The translations under genes were made by a program, and so were the position numbers. Positions 29,696 through 37,556 of a stretch of DNA of 64,000 nt are shown here, piece by piece. The stretch spans positions 64,628-128,627 of the forward strand of contig CAZWIJ010000002.1 in the NCBI GenBank assembly GCA_964633865.1, read 5' to 3'. The DNA is from an uncultured Candidatus Saccharibacteria bacterium (GTDB taxonomy: Bacteria > Patescibacteriota > Minisyncoccia > SW-4-49-11). How positions within the stretch are numbered: the first letter of the stretch is position 1; the number at the start of each line of letters is the position of its first letter. The notes below the pieces were generated by a model, which searched no databases, was not told the origin of the DNA, and saw only the letters and a list, made by a program, of their open reading frames with translations.

Positions 29696-30358
29696 TTATA
29701 GTCTTTCAGCATAGACTTTTTGACTAAATTCTTCTGCTATATCTTCTAATTTGTCTGACTTTTTATATTGGAATTTTTCAGAATAAAAATTAAAATCAGA
29801 CTCCATCCATAATGGAATTTCTCCATTGTAATATGGCTTGGATAAAAAATCTCCTTCAATAGTTTCTTTTTCCCAAATGTCAGCGGTCATTCCAGCAAGA
29901 GCCAGAATCAAATGTTTGTGGTGAGTTCCTCCCATACGATTTTTTGGTAGAAGAACATAATATTTGTTTGTATCTTCAAAACCTAATATTATCACTGTAC
30001 CACGAGTGGTTTCATAAGCTAAGAAATTTTCATCCCAATATGATTTACATACATTGTATGAAGTTCCATAACCATATCCAGCTTTTTCATTTTCTAAGAA
30101 TTCTTGATGTAGATCTTTCTGTCTTTTGATTAAAAATTCCAAACCTTTTTTCCAACCTTCACGAAAGTTAGAACCAGAATTAAATTTTTCGAAAAAAGCA
30201 AATTTATCTTGGGTTAAATCAAATTTAATATAATTATCTAAATTTTCATATAAACTTTTTAAATCTAAAACAGAAATACTTGAAACAGAGGCATTAAGAT
30301 AAGTAGTCATAATTTTTTTAAAGTGCAAATTGATTAACAACAGAAATAACCATATCAT
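29696..30358 (-). CDS. hypothetical protein (likely start MTTYLN at 30307)
   Basis: ORF with coding-like composition; followed by cccgc/gcggg hairpin terminator at ~29650-29690. Confidence 0.4.
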   Translation of the reverse strand: MIWLFLLLINLHFKKIMTTYLNASVSSISVLDLKSLYENLDNYIKFDLTQDKFAFFEKFNSGSNFREGWKKGLEFLIKRQKDLHQEFLENEKAGYGYGTSYNVCKSYWDENFLAYETTRGTVIILGFEDTNKYYVLLPKNRMGGTHHKHLILALAGMTADIWEKETIEGDFLSKPYYNGEIPLWMESDFNFYSEKFQYKKSDKLEDIAEEFSQKVYAERL

Positions 30359-30452
30359 AGATTTGTTTATTTGTCAAGAGTAATTTACAAAAAAAGTTTA
30401 AGTTTGTGATTTAAATAAAAAAATCTCCTACAAGGTATAGGAGACGATAGAT

Positions 30453-31088
30453 TTATTCTATGATATAAAGTTCTGATAATAAATCATCAAGTTCTTTTAG
30501 ATTAGAGAATTCATTTTGGATAGAATATATTAATAGATTCAAATCTTGCTCTTTATTATTTTTGGGAGCTTTCTGATCATACAAATATACAGTTTTATCG
30601 AAATCTATTAGGTATGGGTTCCACTCTGTTCCTCCAAAATTAATACCTATACAGATATTTCTTGGGGTTAAGTCTCCATGGATAAATCCTAATTGCCAGA
30701 AATGATTTATTCTAGCATTAATAGATTTGAATAATTCTTGCAGGTCATATAAAGGAACTATTCCTTCTAAGAACCCTTGAATATATTCAACAAGAGTTGC
30801 TCCATTATTTATCTTTTTGATAATTATAGATTTAGGATTATCAAAGACATCAGATTCCAAATTACATTTAGGAATAAAATGTAAATGTAGTTTACCTGCC
30901 AAAGAATATATTTGATATTCTTTGCTCACACCTTGATCTTTTGGCAAATCTTCTTCGAGATCACATTTAATTATACAATTATTCCATGTAAGTAAAATTT
31001 TTGATTTTTTACCTTTCTCTGATCTTCTTACGAAGACATCTTGTTCACCAACCAAATTATAACTATTTAAAAAATTTACTTTTTTCAT
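30453..31088 (-). CDS. small protein-kinase-like protein (Bud32/RIO/Kdo-WaaP-like), tandem copy 1
   Basis: catalytic-loop-like HGDLTPRNICIG and DFG-like LIDFDKT. Start set to MKKVNF at 31088 by alignment to the paralogue and the upstream promoter; the computed ORF extends to 31160. Confidence 0.5.
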   Translation of the reverse strand: MKKVNFLNSYNLVGEQDVFVRRSEKGKKSKILLTWNNCIIKCDLEEDLPKDQGVSKEYQIYSLAGKLHLHFIPKCNLESDVFDNPKSIIIKKINNGATLVEYIQGFLEGIVPLYDLQELFKSINARINHFWQLGFIHGDLTPRNICIGINFGGTEWNPYLIDFDKTVYLYDQKAPKNNKEQDLNLLIYSIQNEFSNLKELDDLLSELYIIE

Positions 31089-31119
31089 AGTACCCAATCC
31101 AAAATTAAAGAACTTTATA

Positions 31120-31147
31120 ATTATACTATAAAATTTAAAAATGTCAA
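31120..31147 (-). promoter_or_regulatory. sigma70-like promoter (TTGACA-16-TATAAT) for kinase-like gene copy 1
   Basis: perfect -35 and -10 hexamers on minus strand ~30 nt upstream of ATG 31088. Confidence 0.45.
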
Positions 31148-31199
31148 TAATGTTTTGCATAAAAAAAATCCCACCTATATGTTAGGTGAGAAAATAGAT

Positions 31200-31832
31200 T
31201 TAGTCTATAATATAAAGTTCTGATAATAGATTATCCCTGTCTTGTAGATTCGGGAATTCATTTTGGATAGAATCTATTAATAGATTCAAATCTTGCTCCT
31301 TATTATTTTTGGGAGTTTTTTTATCATAAGAATAAATTGTTTTATCAAAATCTATCAAGTATGGATTCCATTCCGTTCCTCCAAAATTAATACCTATACA
31401 GATATTTCTTGGGGTTAAGTCTCCATGGATAAATCCTAATTGCCAGAAATGATTTATTCTAGCATTAATAGATTTGAATAATTCTTGCAGGTCATATAAA
31501 GGAACTATTCCTTCTAAGAACCCTTGAATATATTCAACAAGAGTTGCTCCATTATTTATCTTTTTGATAATTATAGATTTAGGATTATCAAAGACATCAG
31601 ATTCCAAATTACATTTAGGAATAAAATGTAAATGTAGTTTATTAGTAATGGAGTATATCTGAAATTCTCTAGATACTCCTTGATTTGATGGTAGTATTTC
31701 AAGATCAGATTTAATAATATACTGATTACCTGTTAGTAAAATTTTTGAGTTTTTACCCTTCTCTGATCTTCTAACGAAGACTTCTTGTTCACTGATTAGA
31801 TTATAACTTTTTAAGAAATTTACTTTTACCAT
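31200..31832 (-). CDS. small protein-kinase-like protein, tandem copy 2 (central ~260 nt identical to copy 1)
   Basis: same HGDLTPRNICIG/LIDFDKT motifs; 31392-31650 is an exact nucleotide match to 30653-30910. Confidence 0.5.
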   Translation of the reverse strand: MVKVNFLKSYNLISEQEVFVRRSEKGKNSKILLTGNQYIIKSDLEILPSNQGVSREFQIYSITNKLHLHFIPKCNLESDVFDNPKSIIIKKINNGATLVEYIQGFLEGIVPLYDLQELFKSINARINHFWQLGFIHGDLTPRNICIGINFGGTEWNPYLIDFDKTIYSYDKKTPKNNKEQDLNLLIDSIQNEFPNLQDRDNLLSELYIID

Positions 31833-31862
31833 AATAGAAATCCAAATTTAAAGAACTATATA

Positions 31863-31890
31863 AGTATACCTGAAATTAAAAAAATGTCAA
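31863..31890 (-). promoter_or_regulatory. sigma70-like promoter (TTGACA-16-TATACT) for kinase-like copy 2
   Basis: minus-strand -35 consensus at 31885-31890. Confidence 0.35.
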
Positions 31891-31941
31891 TATATTTTTA
31901 CAAAAAAAGACCACTCTATCAAGGTGATAGGTGGTCTAAAT

Positions 31942-32625
31942 TTAAATTACTGTGATTTTATCCTCCATAGCTCGGATTAGCTTGGAAGGACTTTCGCCCC
32001 AATTATCAAATAGACACCATAGGGCATCTTTGATATCAGTAAAATCATCCTCCTGTGTGGGAGTACACCCACGGGAATAGCCATTATTCCAGCCCCATTC
32101 TTCATCATTGGAGGAATGAGAAGAAGATGAAAAGTCAATTAGAAAAACCTTAAACTCATTTTTTTCATCTAATCCTACGACCAGATTTCTTAAGTGTAAG
32201 TCCCGATGAGTAAACCCTTCCTCCCAGAAACTGTTTAAGACTGTTCCAACTTTTGAAAAGATTTCTATCATAATTTTTTCAGGAATTTCTCCCTGTAAAA
32301 AAGCAATAATGTAATCTTCGAATGCTGCCCCACTGTTAATCTTTTCAAGGTGGAGACCGTAGTCGGTTCCTTCTTCGAGATAACATTTTGGAGCAAGGTC
32401 TAAACCTTCTAATAATTCGTATATTTGATACTCCCAAGAGATGAGATCATCCCCTGGTAAATCTTTTTTAACTACCACATCTTCCCCAAAAAGGGAAAGA
32501 GTGGATTTATGACCAAATGCAGCACGAATGGCAAATGTATCTTTTCCAGACACTTTTTGATAAATGTCTAGATTAAAATTATAAACAGATTTAGAAACAG
32601 ATTTTTTAAAAGTAACAGTAGCCAT
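31942..32625 (-). CDS. small protein-kinase-like protein, divergent paralogue (copy 3)
   Basis: canonical HRDLHLRNLVVG catalytic loop and LIDFSSS (DFG-like); 227 aa. Confidence 0.5.
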   Translation of the reverse strand: MATVTFKKSVSKSVYNFNLDIYQKVSGKDTFAIRAAFGHKSTLSLFGEDVVVKKDLPGDDLISWEYQIYELLEGLDLAPKCYLEEGTDYGLHLEKINSGAAFEDYIIAFLQGEIPEKIMIEIFSKVGTVLNSFWEEGFTHRDLHLRNLVVGLDEKNEFKVFLIDFSSSSHSSNDEEWGWNNGYSRGCTPTQEDDFTDIKDALWCLFDNWGESPSKLIRAMEDKITVI

Positions 32626-32881
32626 AATTAACCTCTAACCTCGGGATAAGTGTATAAAGATGCTCCGAGGTAAGCTAGATACCTATATATAAGATATACA
32701 ACTTACCTCAGACCAAGTCTACTTACAAATACCTTTAGTCAGGATATTATAACAGATTAACTTGTGAATGTTCACTATGAGAATTTCTTATCTTGACTAC
32801 TTAGTTCTTATTGATTGCTAGATATTATAAGCTATTTATACTCTTAAGTAGTCTCTCTCATTCCTCTCATATTATGTACAT

Positions 32882-32910
32882 ATTATATCATAAATTTATT
32901 ATATTGTCAA
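32882..32910 (-). promoter_or_regulatory. strong sigma70-like promoter (TTGACA-17-TATAAT) on minus strand, ~255 nt upstream of kinase-like copy 3
   Basis: perfect consensus hexamers at optimal spacing. Confidence 0.4.
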
Positions 32911-33096
32911 ACCTTTATGACATAATATTTTGTATCTTTTAGATTTTACTTTGCGGAGTAGGTGCAACCACTCCCTTTGCAACAGGTGTTATTGTTTCAT
33001 TGAAGAAAGACTAATTATTTTCTCACTCAGACCTTTCTGGGTGATTTTTTATTTGATAAATTAACATTTTATTGATATAATATTATTAGTTGTTCT

Positions 33097-33447
33097 ATGA
33101 GGAATTGTCTTATGTTCTTTCAAGCAAAAGATATATGGGAACTGAATAATCCAGAAATTTCTACTTTAGCACCGTTTCTTAGTTTATTTTCTATTATTGT
33201 AGTCAATAATGATATTTTTGAAAAGAATCCTAATCTTGATTGTCTAACTCAGATATGGGTTAGACATAATGCTATCAAAGAAGAAATTAAATCTGTATTA
33301 GATATGAATCCAACAGGATATTGCGAATTGTTAGATGCTTGGTTTTTTAATACAAAAATGGGAGCTCAATTTTTGGAAGAAAAACTTTTGATCAAAGAAA
33401 ATTTTTCAGAAATTAATCGTCAAATTTTAGAAAAATCATTAATTTAA
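33097..33447 (+). CDS. hypothetical protein
   Basis: 116 aa ORF; no motif recognised. Confidence 0.35.
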   Translation: MRNCLMFFQAKDIWELNNPEISTLAPFLSLFSIIVVNNDIFEKNPNLDCLTQIWVRHNAIKEEIKSVLDMNPTGYCELLDAWFFNTKMGAQFLEEKLLIKENFSEINRQILEKSLI

Positions 33448-33560
33448 ATTATTACTAAAGCTATTACTAAAATGTGATGGCTTTTTATTCGGTATATTTG
33501 ACTTTATACTCCAAATTAGCTATTATATTAACATAAATAATATTTAAAAGCATAATTAAT

Positions 33561-34982
33561 ATGGATGCCAAAAGTAATCAAAGAGTATATATCAGAGATT
33601 TGTCTCAACATAAAAATCAAATAGTAAATATTCAAGGTTGGATCAATACAAGAAGAGATCAAGGGAAAATGATTTTCTTTGATTTTCGTGATATAACTGG
33701 AATTGTACAAGGTGTGGTTTTACCAAAAAGTGAATGTTTAGAAATAGCAAAGACCACTAAAGAAGAATTTGTAGTAGAAATCCAAGGTAAAGTAAATCCA
33801 AGACCAGAGAGAAATATTAAAGAAGGTGTTTTGAATGGAGATATTGAGCTAGAAATTCTTGAGATTACAATCTTAAATCAATCTAGGACTCTTCCTTTCC
33901 CTATTGAAGGAGATACAAAAGAAATAAATGAACTCATTAGATTAAAACATAGATATCTTGATCTTCGTAGCCAAAGAATGCGAAAAAATATAATTAATCG
34001 TTCCAAAGTCCAAAAATTTATTCGTGATTATCTTATCAAAAAAGATTTTATTGAGATTGAAACTCCCCTATTATCTGCGCCAACTCCTGAAGGCTCAAGA
34101 TCTTTTGTAGTGCCTAGTAGAATTTATAGAGATAATTTTTATTCCTTACCTCAGTCACCCCAACAGTATAAACAACTCTTGATGGTGGCTGGTTTTGAGA
34201 AATACTTTCAATTAGCAAGATGTATGCGAGACGAGGATACCAGAGGAGATAGACAACCAGAATTTACTCAATTAGATATGGAAATGTCTTTTGCCACGGA
34301 AGAAGAAATCATGCAATTGAATGAAAAATTATTGATTGAAATTGTAAACAATCTATACCCAGAGAAAAAAATTCAACAAATTCCTTTTCCCAGAATGACT
34401 TATAAAGAAGCTATGGATAAATATGGAAATGATAGACCAGATATTAGAGATGATAAATCTGATGATAATCTTTTAGCTTTTCTTTGGGTCACTGATTTTA
34501 ATATGTTTGAGAAACCTGAACAAGATAATCCTGATGAAGTGACAGAGTGGACTTTTACTCATAACCCTTTCTCCAAACCTCGGGATGAACATTTTGATGA
34601 TTTTATGAACAAAAAAAATATTGATAAGATCCTCACAACTCAATACGATATTACTCTTAATGGCTTTGAAATTGGTGGTGGAAGTATCAGAAATCATTCG
34701 GCTGAGGCTTTGAAAAAAACTTTTGAGATTATGGGGTATTCAGAAGAGAAAATTCAATCTAACTTTGGACATATCTTGGATGCTTTAGAGTTAGGAGCTC
34801 CTCCACATGGTGGAATTGCTTGGGGGTTTGATAGATTGATGATGATTTTGGAAAATGAACCGAATATTAGAGAAGTTATTCCTTTTGCAAAAACTGGAGA
34901 TGGTAAAGATCTTATGATGAATGCTCCAGCTAATATTTCAATTAAGCAAAAAATAGAATTAGGGATAAAGATTGAGAAGTAG
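33561..34982 (+). CDS. aspS: aspartyl-tRNA synthetase, archaeal/eukaryal-type (no GAD insertion)
   Basis: N-terminal OB fold (FFDFRDITGIVQ). Class IIb motif 1 LPQSPQQYKQLL. FTQLDMEMSF is Asp-specific. Motif 3 GAPPHGGIAWGFDRLMM. 473 aa. Confidence 0.85.
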   Translation: MDAKSNQRVYIRDLSQHKNQIVNIQGWINTRRDQGKMIFFDFRDITGIVQGVVLPKSECLEIAKTTKEEFVVEIQGKVNPRPERNIKEGVLNGDIELEILEITILNQSRTLPFPIEGDTKEINELIRLKHRYLDLRSQRMRKNIINRSKVQKFIRDYLIKKDFIEIETPLLSAPTPEGSRSFVVPSRIYRDNFYSLPQSPQQYKQLLMVAGFEKYFQLARCMRDEDTRGDRQPEFTQLDMEMSFATEEEIMQLNEKLLIEIVNNLYPEKKIQQIPFPRMTYKEAMDKYGNDRPDIRDDKSDDNLLAFLWVTDFNMFEKPEQDNPDEVTEWTFTHNPFSKPRDEHFDDFMNKKNIDKILTTQYDITLNGFEIGGGSIRNHSAEALKKTFEIMGYSEEKIQSNFGHILDALELGAPPHGGIAWGFDRLMMILENEPNIREVIPFAKTGDGKDLMMNAPANISIKQKIELGIKIEK

Positions 34983-35066
34983 ATATTATTTAAGATTTTT
35001 TATAAATAATATAGAATTTATAAAAATAGTCTATACTTGGCTTTAGACATAGAGTTTTTAAACTCA

Positions 35067-35942
35067 TTATTCTTTCTCAATTTCTTCCTCTACCTTTCTT
35101 TTAGCTTCTTCTAATAAGTCTTTACTCTCTTTTCTTAATTTATAACTTTCTTGGACTTTTTCAGAGATTTGCTTTTGTATTTGGAGTTTGATAAGAGGGA
35201 TTTTGATTGATTCTAATTCTGTTTTTGAAATTGCAGTCAAAATTGTCCCCTTTGATCCTCTCTGTAAAAGTTCTTGAATAACGAGAGTTTTAAATAAAAT
35301 CAATAAAGTTTCAGAGTTTATTTTTTCTGAATTTAAAACGAAAAATCCAGTTGAGCAAATAGAATTATCAAATTCTTTTTCCACCAATGCACATGAACTT
35401 AAAGAACCTTCAATAGAAGAAATAATTAAATCGTTTGTATTGATTTTTCTTCTCGCCCTGCTTGGTAAATCTTTTCCAAATTCTTCTTGATAATCTGATA
35501 TATATCCCTGACTTGAAATATTAGAAAGTGCTAAATATTTATATTTTTGATAAGCTTTGGGTGTATAGTTTTTATCTTTAAAATTTATCGCATTTTTCAC
35601 TAAATCCCATCCGCCCTCATATTCTTCAATTTTCTTAATGATCTCGGCATATTTCGGCTGAAAATATTCGCTATCGTATCGGTGGGCTTCTTCGATTTCT
35701 TTTTTGGTGGTACTAAAAGTAAGTTCGTGTTTGACTTCATAATCCACAAGTCCAAGTTCTGCCAAAAGCAATTCTTTAGCTTCACGATAGAGTTGTTTGG
35801 ATTGAGTTTGTTTTTGATGTGACCTTAAAACAAATTCATCAATTATTTTATGAAAATTATCTTGAAAAATTGGAACTGGAATTTTCTTTAGATCTGGTAA
35901 ATTAAATCCTTTTTGAATTGCACCTCTTTCATTTCTCATCAA
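35067..35942 (-). CDS. hsdS: Type I R-M specificity subunit HsdS, C-terminal part (central conserved region + TRD2 + C-terminal coiled coil); separated from the N-terminal part by one in-frame TAG
   Basis: starts with the conserved central motif GAIQKGFNLPDLKKIPVPI; TRD2 has DLIISSIEGSLSSCALV; same frame as the upstream ORF 35955..36446. Confidence 0.7.
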   Translation of the reverse strand: MMRNERGAIQKGFNLPDLKKIPVPIFQDNFHKIIDEFVLRSHQKQTQSKQLYREAKELLLAELGLVDYEVKHELTFSTTKKEIEEAHRYDSEYFQPKYAEIIKKIEEYEGGWDLVKNAINFKDKNYTPKAYQKYKYLALSNISSQGYISDYQEEFGKDLPSRARRKINTNDLIISSIEGSLSSCALVEKEFDNSICSTGFFVLNSEKINSETLLILFKTLVIQELLQRGSKGTILTAISKTELESIKIPLIKLQIQKQISEKVQESYKLRKESKDLLEEAKRKVEEEIEKE

Positions 35943-35954
35943 TAATGATTTTCC

Positions 35955-36446
35955 CTATTTTGTATCAAGAAAGATCATTAAAAATTCTGGATTTATTTTA
36001 TTTGAACGAAAAACTGTACTTTTACAGCTAAAGATTGCTGGACCAAAAGAATCTCTATATATTGCAACATTGCCAAGAGTTCCAACAACAGTAATTAAAA
36101 CATCATTGTTTTTTAAGTGATATTTGGGTAATGAATCAAATTTTTCTTTGTTAACTGCTGAATTATCAACATCACTCAAAACTCCATTTTTAATATCTTT
36201 TCCTCTGATATATTTATATTGTTTATCTTCAACATAATCCTCTACCTTTACAGTTGATCCAAATGGACCAATAATAAATTTACCTAAGTTTTCTAGATAT
36301 AAAAAATCTGAATTAGTAATTAATTTTTCAGCAGTCAAATTAAAAGGCTTAAAATACTCTGCATCATATCTCCGAGCTTCAAGGACTTCTGTATATTTTA
36401 TGTAACTTATTTGAGGCATAGTTTCTTTTAAGTGGTAAATTTGCAA
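35955..36446 (-). CDS. hsdS: Type I R-M specificity subunit HsdS, N-terminal part (TRD1)
   Basis: HsdS TRD motif NDVLITVVGTLGNVAIY; terminates with TAG 12 nt before the in-frame continuation. Confidence 0.7.
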   Translation of the reverse strand: MQIYHLKETMPQISYIKYTEVLEARRYDAEYFKPFNLTAEKLITNSDFLYLENLGKFIIGPFGSTVKVEDYVEDKQYKYIRGKDIKNGVLSDVDNSAVNKEKFDSLPKYHLKNNDVLITVVGTLGNVAIYRDSFGPAIFSCKSTVFRSNKINPEFLMIFLDTK

Positions 36447-36455
36447 CTAACATTT

Positions 36456-37556
36456 TTATTTAATTATATCCAATAAATCTTCAAAGAAATAGGTTTTATT
36501 TCTTTCTTTATTATTATGATGAATAATCAAATTTTGAGATAAATAATGCAAGATACGAAAAGTTGCATCTTTTTTTATTCCCGTTTGCCTTGAAAAATCA
36601 GCAGAGTCAAAAATAGGTACTGAGAATAAGTAATCTAAGACTTTAATAGAATTTTTTGGAGTAGGAATATCAATAATTTTATCTTTTAATTGTTCATATA
36701 GAGCAAGAATTTTTTTAACTTTTTCAATGTTTTTTATGGACTGTTCTTCTACTGCTATAAGAAAAAATTTAATCCAACTTTCCCAATCCCCATTTCTTGA
36801 TATGTTTTGTAGATAATCATAATATTCATCACGATGAAGCTCAAAATACTCACTCAAATAAAACATTGGAGAAGATAGAACTTTTTTGTAATACAAGAAT
36901 AATGGCATTAAAATTCTTCCTGTTCTTCCGTTTCCATCCCAAAAAGGATGAATAATTTCAAATTGAGCATGAACAATTGCAAGTTGAACTATTTGATCTT
37001 TTTCATCAGAATGAATATATTTTTCAAAATTAGAAAAATACTCTGCAATATTTTGTGGTTCTGGTGGAATATAGCTGGCTCCTTCTACTCCCAATCCTTG
37101 TTTTCCAATAAAAACAGAACCTGTTCTAAAATTTCCAGGATTTTTCCCTTCTCCCCTTGTCCCCTTTAAAAGAAGCTTATGTATTTCTTTGATCAATTGT
37201 CCTGTTAAAGGGATTGTTTCGAGTTTTGTAATTGCTACACTCATGGCATGCCTATAATTAATAATCTCTTGAATATCTTCATATTTTTCAGTTTTTTCCT
37301 TTGGGTTGGCATCAAATTGTAAAACTTCTTCAAGAGTTGCTTGAGTCCCTTCAATTTTAGATGATAAAACGGCTTCTTTTGTTGATAGAGGAGATAAAAG
37401 AACTCTTCCATTTGGGATACTTTGAAGAAAAGCATCAAACTTCGCAACTGCTCTATTTGCTGTTCCTATATGAGCAATAAAAATATCCCCATTTAATTTT
37501 TCTAACGGTAAATTATCTGGTTTGAATGGTTTCATATTTTTTAAATTATAAATCAA
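36456..37556 (-). CDS. Fic family protein (AMPylase/Fido domain)
   Basis: canonical Fic motif HPFWDGNGRTGR; 366 aa; located between hsdM and hsdS. Confidence 0.85.
   Translation of the reverse strand: MIYNLKNMKPFKPDNLPLEKLNGDIFIAHIGTANRAVAKFDAFLQSIPNGRVLLSPLSTKEAVLSSKIEGTQATLEEVLQFDANPKEKTEKYEDIQEIINYRHAMSVAITKLETIPLTGQLIKEIHKLLLKGTRGEGKNPGNFRTGSVFIGKQGLGVEGASYIPPEPQNIAEYFSNFEKYIHSDEKDQIVQLAIVHAQFEIIHPFWDGNGRTGRILMPLFLYYKKVLSSPMFYLSEYFELHRDEYYDYLQNISRNGDWESWIKFFLIAVEEQSIKNIEKVKKILALYEQLKDKIIDIPTPKNSIKVLDYLFSVPIFDSADFSRQTGIKKDATFRILHYLSQNLIIHHNNKERNKTYFFEDLLDIIK

Noticed and set aside
32640-32720. Possible attR-like repeat of the tRNA-Asn 3' end (tgctccgaggtaag vs reverse complement of …cctactcgcggagca)
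   Set aside because: Only a 7-nt exact match followed by divergence; too weak to call an integration-site duplication
35943-35957. Alternative genetic code (stop-codon reassignment, e.g. code 25) explaining the in-frame stop in hsdS
   Set aside because: The interrupting codon is TAG, not TGA. TGA and TAA terminate well-conserved genes in this window at the expected positions (e.g. 5216-5218), so standard code 11 fits
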